Assembly: GCA_963663235.2 (NCBI GenBank)
Contig: CAXXNO010000012.1
Span: forward strand, 160,001-224,000
Length of the DNA: 64,000 nt
Source: Dehalococcoidia bacterium
GTDB lineage: Bacteria; Chloroflexota; Dehalococcoidia; Bin125
Reading direction: 5' to 3'
In this document: positions 40,672 to 48,973 of the stretch, in pieces
Position numbering within the stretch: the stretch's first letter is position 1
How the letters are laid out: each line of letters begins with the position of its first letter
The notes under the pieces: model-generated
The model's database searches: none
The model's input: the letters and a program-made list of their open reading frames with translations, nothing else
Told to the model about the DNA's origin: nothing
Translations under genes and position numbers: made by a program

Positions 40672-41688
40672 TCAGGCGATCAGGGCGACACCGCCTACCG
40701 CGACCACCGTCCCCACGACCATCCAGACCGTCAGACGCTCTCTGAGGAAGATGGCGGCCAGCGGCAGCCCGAACACCGGCGAGGTGGCGAAGATGGTGGA
40801 GGCGGGGCCCGCGCCGATGCGCTGCAGCGCGAAGACGAAGAGGATGCCCGCCATGCCGATGGAGATCATCCCGGAGATGCCCACCAGGATCACGCTGCGC
40901 CGCGAGAGAGCGCGGCGATGCAGGGTCGTGTTGCGCGGAACCGAGGCGATGACGAGCAGGATGACGGCGACTACCGGCACGCGCACTCCGTGCACCGCCG
41001 CGGGCTCGAACCCTTCGGAGACGCCGCGCAGCCAGACGCTCTCGCCGGCCCAGGCCAAGGCGACGCCCGTGGCCAGCAGCAGCCCCAGCGCCAGGCGCGG
41101 GACCTCCAGGCCGACCAGCGGAATCCGCACCCGCGCGAGCCGGGGCGCAGGGAGGGCGGCTTCAGCGTCCAGCGTGGCCCCGGCGATGGGCGGACGCTTC
41201 GCCCGGCCGAGCCGAAGGAGGCGCGGCAGGCCACCCGCCGGACCGTCGGAGCCGGGCTGCGCCCGGCCGTACAGCACCACCACGCTTATGCCCGCGATCA
41301 CCAGCACCGACCCCAAGGCGACCTGCCAGCCGATGGATTCGCCAAGGAAGATGACGGAGAGGAAGTAGGCGAAGAAGCTCAACAAGCCCATGACCGTGGG
41401 AAAGGCGCGGGTCACGCCCAGCAGCGCGACGGCGCCAATAAAGAGCGGCTCGCCGAGGATCATCGCCAGGGCGGCCGTGCCGATGAACTGGAGGATGTGC
41501 CCGGCCTCCATGCGCCCGATTTCGCTGTAGGAGCCGAGCACGAACAGCGCCGCGATCAGGAACAGCGCCCCAGCGGCGGTCCGCATGGCGGCCATGGAGA
41601 TCGGATCGATCCGGCTGGTCTGGGAAGCAACAAGGGTGGTGGAGACGGCGAAATTGAAGGCGGTCCCAAGGGCCGCCAGCACCGCCAC
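40672..41688 (-). CDS. DMT/EamA family transporter
   Basis: Two EamA halves, SPVFGLPLAAIFLRERLT; 5' end uncertain. Confidence 0.8.
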   Translation of the reverse strand: MAVLAALGTAFNFAVSTTLVASQTSRIDPISMAAMRTAAGALFLIAALFVLGSYSEIGRMEAGHILQFIGTAALAMILGEPLFIGAVALLGVTRAFPTVMGLLSFFAYFLSVIFLGESIGWQVALGSVLVIAGISVVVLYGRAQPGSDGPAGGLPRLLRLGRAKRPPIAGATLDAEAALPAPRLARVRIPLVGLEVPRLALGLLLATGVALAWAGESVWLRGVSEGFEPAAVHGVRVPVVAVILLVIASVPRNTTLHRRALSRRSVILVGISGMISIGMAGILFVFALQRIGAGPASTIFATSPVFGLPLAAIFLRERLTVWMVVGTVVAVGGVALIA

Positions 41689-41872
41689 GCTTACGATCCG
41701 CGGACGAGAAGAGAGTCTGCAATCGCCAGCATGGGCTTATCCTAGAGGGCCGGTGGAACTCGAGGGGGTGGCGACAAGGGGCCGATCCTAATTGACGCCG
41801 ATGCGATACTGAGGCGCCACCGGCATAGGACGAGAACGGCCCGAGCGGTCGTCGGCGAACTGGAGGAGAACT

Positions 41873-42682
41873 GTGACCAAACGCATCAAAGTCGTCGCCT
41901 GCACGGGCGAGGAGAACACGGCAAAGTACCAGATCCCTCAGGAGATCATCAGTCCGGGCTTCGAGGTGGACTTCGAGACCACGCGCTTCCCGGTTTGGCC
42001 GGACAACTATGTTGACTACCACCTGGTGCAGCTGACGATTCTGGAGGCCGGCATGCGGGCGGAGAGGGAGGGCTTCGACGCCGTCTTCGTCTGCGACAGC
42101 ACGGACCTGGGCCTGGCCGAGCTGCGCAGCGCGCTCACGATCCCGGTGGTGGGCGGTGGGAGCGCCACGCTGTACGTCGCCGCGTCATTGGGACGGAAGT
42201 TCTCGATCGTGACCGTCTGGCCGCGTGACGTCCGCTTCTGGTACGAGGACATGCTGCGCGAGAACGACCTGAGCCACAAGGTGGCTTCCATCCGGCACAT
42301 CACACTCTTCGACGAGTTGCAGACGCTGGGCTCGGAAGACAGTTGGCTGAAGCAGATGTGGAACCGCCAGGAGGAGTTCCTCGATCGAGTGGAGGAGCAG
42401 TGCCGGCTGGCGATCGAGGAGGACGGCGCGGACACCATCATGTTCGGTTGCACGTGCATGGCGGCGATCCGCGACGTGATCGCCGAGCGGCTACCGGTTC
42501 CCGTGCTGAGCCCCGTGCACACCGGCTACCAGTTCACCGAGATGCAGGTCAACCTGAATATCCCGCACAGCAAGAAAGCGTACGGCCAGACTGGGCCGGT
42601 GAGCCGCGACATGATCGTGCCGATGATGGAGGCCGCCGCATCGCGGCAGACGATCATGGAGTTCGCGCCATCCAGGAGTTAG
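41873..42682 (+). CDS. Asp/Glu/hydantoin racemase family protein
   Basis: GFDAVFVCDSTD, LRSALTIPVVG, GADTIMFGCTCM. Confidence 0.82.
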   Translation: MTKRIKVVACTGEENTAKYQIPQEIISPGFEVDFETTRFPVWPDNYVDYHLVQLTILEAGMRAEREGFDAVFVCDSTDLGLAELRSALTIPVVGGGSATLYVAASLGRKFSIVTVWPRDVRFWYEDMLRENDLSHKVASIRHITLFDELQTLGSEDSWLKQMWNRQEEFLDRVEEQCRLAIEEDGADTIMFGCTCMAAIRDVIAERLPVPVLSPVHTGYQFTEMQVNLNIPHSKKAYGQTGPVSRDMIVPMMEAAASRQTIMEFAPSRS

Positions 42683-42811
42683 GACGCCGCCGGCTCGGGC
42701 CCGCCGCACAGGGTTGACAGGACTCAAGCCGGCGTCACCATGTGTAGCAACGCAGTCGATCGCCCGTCGAGCGACGCAAATCATCGACACCAACAAGGTA
42801 GGGAGAGAGTG

Positions 42812-43375
42812 ATGGCCTTACGTCGAGTGCCGCGCGAGGAGATGACCGAGCAAGAGAGGAAATGGCTCGACGACAGCAAGGCGTTGGGGCTAGACACGCG
42901 CTGGATCGAGTTCATCGCCAACGCGCCCCACGTGAGCCGGTTCCTCTGGGAGGACTTCTACCAGAAGCTCTTCTACAACGGCATCGTGCCGGTGCACATC
43001 AAGGAGTTGACGCAGCTCAAGCTATCCCATCTCCACGGCTGCGCGTTCTGAAACAAGGTGAATACCGTCTCGGCGAGACGGAACGGCGTCACCGACGAGC
43101 AGATCGAGGCCCTCGACACCTTTGAAACGGGGCCGTTCAGCGAACAAGAGAAGGTCGCCCTGCGGTTCGCGGGCAAGATGGCGCTCACGGAGCCGCACGG
43201 GGAGGTGGACGACAACCTGATGGCGCAGATGCAAGAGCACTTCAGCGACGCGCAGATCGCTGAGCTGGCAGTGGTCCTGTGCGTCGACGTGGGGTGGGCG
43301 AAGATGCTCTTCACCCTGGACTGGGCGGAGAAGGAGACCTCCTGCTACTACCGGCATCCGGCAGAGGCGGAGTAG
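42812..43375 (+). CDS. AhpD/carboxymuconolactone-decarboxylase family selenoprotein (CxxU), UGA at 43049-43051
   Basis: KELTQLKLSHLHGCAF-TGA-NKVN..GVTDEQIEAL..FSEQEKVALRFA..HFSDAQIAEL continues in frame; SECIS-like hairpin follows. Confidence 0.85.
43065..43081 (+). promoter_or_regulatory. SECIS-like hairpin (AhpD-like gene)
   Basis: CCGTCTC-GGC-GAGACGG; loop starts 20 nt after UGA; outer GGTGA/TCACC pairing possible. Confidence 0.7.
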
Positions 43376-43497
43376 CGGGCGACCCCCGGCGCGTCCATTC
43401 GCCCGCCGATGGCTGGAGAGACTAGCACTTCGCCGGCCGCGAATCGGCGAGGGGGTCAGGAGTGGTCCGGGAAAGCGGCGGGGGCGCGGAGACGCGC

Positions 43498-43917
43498 CTA
43501 GCGAAGCTCGACGATTTCGATGGCGAAGGTGAGCGCCTGGCCCGCCAGGGGATGGTTGGCATCGAGGGTGATCGTGGCATCGTCGACGGCGGCGACGGTC
43601 ACGTCGCGTCCGCCGATCTCCACTCGGTCCCCGACGCTCAGGCCTTTCGGTCCCTGGTCGATCGGCAGTTTGATGACTCGCCGCTCATCGCGATCGCCGT
43701 ACGCCTGATCGGGATCAAAGCGAACCGTCTTGCTCTCGCCAAGCGCCATGCCCCGCACGGCGGCGTCGAACCCGGCGATGACCTCGCCCGCCCCGACCCG
43801 GAAGGAGAAGGGCTTGCCCCGCTGCCGCGAGGAATCGACGACGCGCCCGTCGTCCAGCGTGACAGTGTAGTGGACGACCACGGTGTCCCCGTCTTGGGCC
43901 GTTGCGTCCAGTGGCAT
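43498..43917 (-). CDS. FKBP-type peptidyl-prolyl isomerase (SlyD/FkpB-like)
   Basis: VVVHYTVTLDDG..DSS, GEVIAGFD, AYG, LDANHPLAGQAL. Confidence 0.9.
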   Translation of the reverse strand: MPLDATAQDGDTVVVHYTVTLDDGRVVDSSRQRGKPFSFRVGAGEVIAGFDAAVRGMALGESKTVRFDPDQAYGDRDERRVIKLPIDQGPKGLSVGDRVEIGGRDVTVAAVDDATITLDANHPLAGQALTFAIEIVELR

Positions 43918-43927
43918 CGGGCGTCGC

Positions 43928-44380
43928 TCAGCGGCGGAGGATCTCGAGGAGCTCGAGGACCGTCCCGTCCGGGTCCTTGAGACAGACGAAGCGTTCGCCC
44001 CCGGCCAGGTTGATGTTCTGCGGCTCGGAGAGGAACTGCACGCCCTTCGCCTTGAGATCCTCATAGACCTGGGGGAGATTCTCCGTCCGCAGGGCGATGC
44101 GGCTGGCGCCCGCGTGATGCAGATGCGGGTAGGCCTTCCCCTCCGTCTTGGGCGTGGTCCACTCGATAAGGTCGATGCGGGTCGCCCAGGGATCATTGCC
44201 GATGCGCAGGAGGCCCGCGCGAGCGACGCCCTCAGACATCCCCAACCCTTTGGCCAGCTCCGGCGTCAGCGCCGTCTCCGGCATATCCAGCACCACCTCA
44301 AAGCCCAGCAGCTTGTAGAACGCCAGGGAGCGCTCGAAGTCCGTGCAGTTGATGTTGATGTGGAACAGCCCTTTGATCAT
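43928..44380 (-). CDS. VOC/glyoxalase family protein
   Basis: HININCTDFERSLAFY, KDPDGTVLEL. Confidence 0.87.
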   Translation of the reverse strand: MIKGLFHININCTDFERSLAFYKLLGFEVVLDMPETALTPELAKGLGMSEGVARAGLLRIGNDPWATRIDLIEWTTPKTEGKAYPHLHHAGASRIALRTENLPQVYEDLKAKGVQFLSEPQNINLAGGERFVCLKDPDGTVLELLEILRR

Positions 44381-44457
44381 CGTTTCCCCCCTGTGCAACG
44401 CCGATAGTGTACTGATACGAGGCCGAAATGGCTTCGCACACGGCCGGGCGGAACAGG

Positions 44458-45588
44458 TCAGGCGCGCATCGACTCGGGATCGATCCCGTGCTCCCGGCAC
44501 CACGCGCCATAAGCGATGGGCGAGATCTCAGACGGCTTGATCTCGCTGCGACCGCCCCAAAAGACATTGGTGTAGCCGACAGGGATGCCGGCTTCCTCCA
44601 GGTGCGCGTCGATGGCGGCCTTGTGCGCCAGCACCAAGTCCTTCTCCATGCCGTGCGCCACGCCCATGACGTTGACGTCGCGGAACTCCGGCCCGCCCTC
44701 GCGCCAGTAGGCGTGGGTCATGATGTGATGGCGGCCGACCTCCCGCCCGGCGTCGATCTCCCGGCCCGGTGGCACACGCCAGTGGAAGAGCGCATTGTAG
44801 CGGGTGACACGCTGGTCCCCGGCGACCGCCTTGGCATGCTCCAGGAACGTGGAGAAGCGCCCGATGATCTTGCGCCGATCGAGGGCCTCCGCCACCGCGC
44901 AGAACTCCTCCATGCTCATCCCCGCCTCGACGGCGCGGCGGCGCCACAGGTCCGGTTCGATCTCCTCCGGGCGAAATTCGCGCTTGAGCGTCTCCAGCGC
45001 CTGCCACTCGCGGTCGCTGAGCGTGGCGATCACCGTATCGAGAACCTCGGCGGGCTCCTCGCTGCGGCTTCCGGGCGCGAGCCCGCGCCGGCGCGTATGG
45101 CCCACACCCAAGGCGAACAGCCGTTTCGCCGGCATGGTCCGGTAGCCCTGGGCGCCAATCTCGGCCGCCAGGTAGTCGGCGTGCTTCCGCATCGAGAAGC
45201 CCTGGGGCACCTTGAGCGTGGTCCAGAGGCGGTAGGCCGATCCAGGCGTCTCCGCGTCGGTCGTGCGAATCACCACATGCCCGGAGAAGGGGTCCTGCTG
45301 GAACAGGTAGTCGAACGCGGCGGGGAGGCGGTCGGGCGGCACCTGCCAGGCGATCAGGGCCCCGTGCGCCAGGTTGGTCGATAGCAAGGTCTGGCGCACC
45401 CGACGGATGGTGCCGGCCTGCAACATCGCGCGGATGCGCTCGATCACGACCGGCAGCTCGACGCCCGAGCGGTGGGCGATCTCCGCCAGGGGATCGCGCT
45501 GGAAGCCTTGGAGGCGGTCTTCCGAAACCGAGAGGATGGCCACGTTGACGGGGTCATCAATGGTGACGGGGACCGTGGACAGCGGCAT
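44458..45588 (-). CDS. Siroheme decarboxylase-like (fused AhbA/AhbB, NirDL-type Lrp/AsnC-fold) protein
   Basis: Two HTH+AsnC-like halves; GHVVIR and THAYWR resemble the HxxxR motifs; NALFHWRVP. Confidence 0.65.
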   Translation of the reverse strand: MPLSTVPVTIDDPVNVAILSVSEDRLQGFQRDPLAEIAHRSGVELPVVIERIRAMLQAGTIRRVRQTLLSTNLAHGALIAWQVPPDRLPAAFDYLFQQDPFSGHVVIRTTDAETPGSAYRLWTTLKVPQGFSMRKHADYLAAEIGAQGYRTMPAKRLFALGVGHTRRRGLAPGSRSEEPAEVLDTVIATLSDREWQALETLKREFRPEEIEPDLWRRRAVEAGMSMEEFCAVAEALDRRKIIGRFSTFLEHAKAVAGDQRVTRYNALFHWRVPPGREIDAGREVGRHHIMTHAYWREGGPEFRDVNVMGVAHGMEKDLVLAHKAAIDAHLEEAGIPVGYTNVFWGGRSEIKPSEISPIAYGAWCREHGIDPESMRA

Positions 45589-45647
45589 GGACCGATGATG
45601 GCCGCCCGCGCTGCCGGACGCAAGCAAACCCGGCCGGGCCTCGCCGA

Positions 45648-46370
45648 TCACCCGCTCGACGACGGGCCGAACAGCAGCTGGACCCCATCGAGGTCCAGCA
45701 GACGGATGCGCCGGCGGCCCAGTTCCACCAGCCCCGCCTTGGCCATTTGATTGAGGGCCCGGCTGACGGACTCCCGCGTGGCGCCCACCATCTCCGCCAG
45801 ATCCTGCTGGGACAGATCGCGGACCGTCTGCGTCCGGGGATCACATTCCCGCAGCAGCACGGAAGCCAGCCGCGCCTCCAGCCGCTGATACGCCAGCGTC
45901 TCCAAGCGCACCTCGGCATCGCGGAGGCGGGCGGCCAAGTGCTCGATCACGCGGTCGGCGATGTCGGGGTGGTGGCGGAGCAGGCGCGATACATCGGCCC
46001 GGCTCATGGCGCAGACGAGGCTGTCTTAGGTCGCCTCAGCGAAACTGCCGGACATCCCCTGCCCTAAGACGGATATTTCCCCGAAAAAGGAGCCCGGCTT
46101 GACATCGCCGACGGTGAGTTTCTTGCCCTCCGTGTTGAGCCGGTAAAGCTGCACGTGCCCTTTCTTGAGAAGGAAGAGCACCTCATCTCCTCCTTGCGGC
46201 TCGTAGAGCACGCGGCCGGCGGGGCACGTGGTGAGGTTGGTCATCGCGTCGACCTCGGCCAGGGTGTCGTCGCCGAGATCACGGAACAATTCGTTCGCGG
46301 CAAGCAACGCCCGCTTCTCGGCCGCGGCCAGCTCCGGCCGTCCGCGCGCGCGGGAGAGCAGAGCCTTCAT
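45648..46370 (-). pseudogene. Crp/Fnr family regulator interrupted by in-frame TAA (46026-46028)
   Basis: cNMP-binding domain (FFGEIS..SFAEAT*DSLVC) continuous with HTH (LSQQDLAEMVGATRESVSRAL). Confidence 0.8.
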
Positions 46371-46642
46371 GTGGCCGACTGTTCCAGACGAGCCACGAGG
46401 GTGTCCAGCAGCGCCCGGCTGATCTGGGTCCGGGAGGGGGTGCCGAACTGGATCAGGCGGCCCTCCAGCAGGAAGGCCGGCACCGCGATGACGGTGTCGG
46501 GCGTCGGCTGTCCGGGCTCTAGGCGGTGGATCGTCACCCGGACCATGGGGAACCACTCTTGGACTTCGGCGGCGACGGCTTCCGCGGCATCGCAGCTGGG
46601 GCACTGATCGTCGAGATTGACGTCAAAGCTCAGGGTAGCCAT
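46367..46642 (-). CDS. Small thioredoxin/glutaredoxin-like protein
   Basis: CPSC, VIAVPAFLLEG, FGTP; stop overlaps Crp start (ATGA). Confidence 0.72.
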   Translation of the reverse strand: MATLSFDVNLDDQCPSCDAAEAVAAEVQEWFPMVRVTIHRLEPGQPTPDTVIAVPAFLLEGRLIQFGTPSRTQISRALLDTLVARLEQSAT

Positions 46643-46675
46643 GGCTCCAGCTTCGTGGACCTGCCCCGGTTCGTC

Positions 46676-46691
46676 GGTGACCGTGCTCACA
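46676..46691. promoter_or_regulatory. CRP-like box 1
   Basis: GGTGA-CCGTGC-TCACA. Confidence 0.6.
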
Positions 46692-46752
46692 AAACAGGAA
46701 ACCGGGCCAGGTCCTATACTTCCCGCTGGGCTCGGCGGAATTTTTCCCCGAA

Positions 46753-46768
46753 AGTGATCGAGGTCACG
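46753..46768. promoter_or_regulatory. CRP-like box 2
   Basis: AGTGA-TCGAGG-TCACG. Confidence 0.55.
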
Positions 46769-46852
46769 GTGGCGGCAGCGGGCCACCCGTAGCCTCCCAC
46801 TAAGAGTCGCGTTCAAGCAGTCACAAAGCGATCGACGGAATGGGGAAATGGC

Positions 46853-47293
46853 ATGGGAAAGCACACGGCCCAGATCGACATCCAAGCCCCGGCGGACAAG
46901 GTGTGGGGAGTCATCACCAACGGGGAACGGCTGTCTGACTGGCTCAGCCCAGTCAGCAACGTGGAAGGGATTGAGCCGGCCGGCCCGCTGGCGGCCGGGA
47001 GCAAGCTGGAGGTCACCATCGGCAAGATCGGAGGAGCCAAGCTCAACATCAAAGAGGCGCAGCGCGGCCGGACGCTCCGCTGGAACGCGGGGCCGGCCAT
47101 GGCGCACATGATGCGCATGCCGATGAAGATCGAGCTGGACCTGCAGCCGCGGGGCGAGACCACCACGGCGACGATCACCTTCAAGACCAACCCGATGATC
47201 GCGCCCCTCATGAAGATGATGACCGGCCTCAACTTCAAGGAAGAGGCGCCGAATACGGTGCAGAAGCTGAAGGCCGCGGTGGAAAGCGCCTAG
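46853..47293 (+). CDS. SRPBCC/polyketide cyclase family protein
   Basis: IDIQAPADKVWGVITN..LSDW..KLKAAVES. Confidence 0.82.
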   Translation: MGKHTAQIDIQAPADKVWGVITNGERLSDWLSPVSNVEGIEPAGPLAAGSKLEVTIGKIGGAKLNIKEAQRGRTLRWNAGPAMAHMMRMPMKIELDLQPRGETTTATITFKTNPMIAPLMKMMTGLNFKEEAPNTVQKLKAAVESA

Positions 47294-47305
47294 CGGGAGC
47301 CTCCC

Positions 47306-47760
47306 ATGCCAGTGCGGAAGCTGATGCGGGATCCCGTCGCGGATCTCGAGCGTGTGGCCGACGAGGCGCTCGGCCCGCCGGTCGTTGAGCGGATCGAGAA
47401 AGAGTTGGGCGACGCCCGCTGTTGCCGCTGATCGCCTTAGGGATGGTCGGCGCCGGCGTGGTGCTCATCGTCGTTCTGACGATCATCGCCGGGACCCTTT
47501 CCGACAACTTCGGCGCCGGCGGGGACTCAGAGCTCGCCGCGAGGACGTTCAAGCCCTGGTTCCGCATCACCTTGCTCACCGGCGCTGGGATCATCCTGGC
47601 GGGCATCCTCACCATGCTGCTCGCCATCATCGTGCGGATCTGGTGGGTGACGTTTACCAACATCAACTACCTGCCGGTGATCGTGGACGCGCGCCGTCAG
47701 GCCGCGGGCCGGCCGGCCCGGTTCACGACCGACAACGCGACGCGGAACGGAGAGAACTGA
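47306..47760 (+). pseudogene. Small membrane protein, apparently frameshifted near 47395-47403
   Basis: ATG 47306 (GGGAG upstream) gives MPVRKLMRDP..ERIEK, which joins by a 1-nt shift to RVGRRPLLPLIALGMVG.. two-TM frame ending at 47760. Confidence 0.55.
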
Positions 47761-48443
47761 TGGCCGTACGCACCGCGATCAAGCCGTCCGAGGCGTTGAC
47801 GCAACGGGTCAACGCGAGGGTGGCGGCGTTGCCGCCCGTGCACATGACCGCCATGCAGACCATGGCCACCTTCCTGTGGCGGCCGCTGGCGCTGATGGGC
47901 ATCCTGATGCTCGCCTCCGGGGCGATCATCGCCGGGGTCAGCTCGTTCCGGGTGGACGAGTTCTTCGGGCTCGCGCAGCCGGACCTCGGCGCGGAGGCGA
48001 CGTTCACCAGCATCCAGACGTGGCTGCCCGGCTACCAGTTCATGGGCATGGGCTTCCTGTTTGCGGCCATCACCATGGTGGTGGCGTCGCTCCTGGGCCG
48101 GCTGCGGATCCTTGGCGGCACGGTGCAAACCTCGCTGGGAGCGCAGGTCAGGTTCCCGCCCTTCCCGATGACGGCACGGATCTTTCCGCTGCTGATGCTC
48201 CTCGGCTTGATGGTCTTCATGGCCCAGCTGGGCGTCAGCGCCTGGCTGGCCACGGAGGCGAAGAGCGGTGACCTGCTGACGGTGGCCACCCACGCGGACT
48301 GGCTGCAGGGCATGCGGATCGCCGGGGTGGGGATCATGCTCGCCGGCATCGCGCTGGCCCTCTTCACCATCACCGGCCTGATGCGCTTCATGGCGCGGCG
48401 CGTGAGCGAGGTGGCAATCCAGGCGATCGAGGCGGACTCGTAG
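47760..48443 (+). CDS. Hypothetical 4-TM membrane protein with internal duplication
   Basis: ATG overlaps upstream TGA; repeated W-L..G-GxxxAxI helix pairs. Confidence 0.75.
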   Translation: MAVRTAIKPSEALTQRVNARVAALPPVHMTAMQTMATFLWRPLALMGILMLASGAIIAGVSSFRVDEFFGLAQPDLGAEATFTSIQTWLPGYQFMGMGFLFAAITMVVASLLGRLRILGGTVQTSLGAQVRFPPFPMTARIFPLLMLLGLMVFMAQLGVSAWLATEAKSGDLLTVATHADWLQGMRIAGVGIMLAGIALALFTITGLMRFMARRVSEVAIQAIEADS

Positions 48444-48503
48444 GACGGGATGCCTGGTTCCCTGGCAGCGGTGGCGTCGACCTCGACGCCGTCAGCGATG
48501 CGC

Positions 48504-48809
48504 TCAGGTAGGTCCGTGCACGTGGGCGCGCATGGGCTCCACGTCGACGGCGAACCACTTGAAGAAGAGGAAACGATTCAGGCGCAGGTCAACGCCCTTG
48601 GCCCATTGCACGAGCCGGAACGACAGGAGGATCTGGAGGCCATCCTGCTGGACCACCTGATAGCGGGAGGTGTTCTTGCCCTTGAGGTAGGTGTCGACCG
48701 ACACCTCCGGCTTGCCGCCTCAGCCGATGGGTGGGATGAAGTCGATGGCCATCGTCCCACCTCGGCGTTGCACCTCGTCGATCACGTCCGTGGTCAAGGT
48801 GATCTGCAT
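48504..48809 (-). CDS. HesB-like CC/Se-motif selenoprotein, UGA at 48722-48720
   Basis: RBS GGAGG; MQITLTTDVIDEVQRRGGTMAIDFIPPIG-TGA-GGKPEVSVDT..YQVVQQDGLQILLS..RFLFFKWFAVD in frame; SECIS-like hairpin. Confidence 0.78.
48689..48706 (-). promoter_or_regulatory. SECIS-like hairpin (CC/Se gene)
   Basis: Minus strand AGGTGTC-GGTC-GACACCT; loop starts 20 nt after UGA. Confidence 0.7.
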
Positions 48810-48973
48810 GAGTGCCTCCGCGCGCCCGCAGCGGCCGCCGTCTTGCCATACGCCCGCGGCGTGCCGGCGGATGTGGGCTGGGCTCCGGCCTAGATTATCA
48901 TCGGGATGGTTCAGTTTCGACGTGCGCGCTGAAGCGCGCACAGGCTCAGTGGAGGACGCGGAAGGGAGGACCT

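Noticed and set aside
12753-44400. Integrative island inserted at tRNA-Asp
   Set aside because: Gene content shifts to accessory catabolism after the tRNA, but I saw no integrase, transposase or duplicated tRNA 3' end.
46026-46028. Recoded stop in Crp gene as a fourth selenocysteine
   Set aside because: Codon is TAA, at a position expected to be Glu, not a Cys site.
47428-47430. CCR-TGA as a Sec site
   Set aside because: A TAG follows two codons later; better explained by a frameshift.
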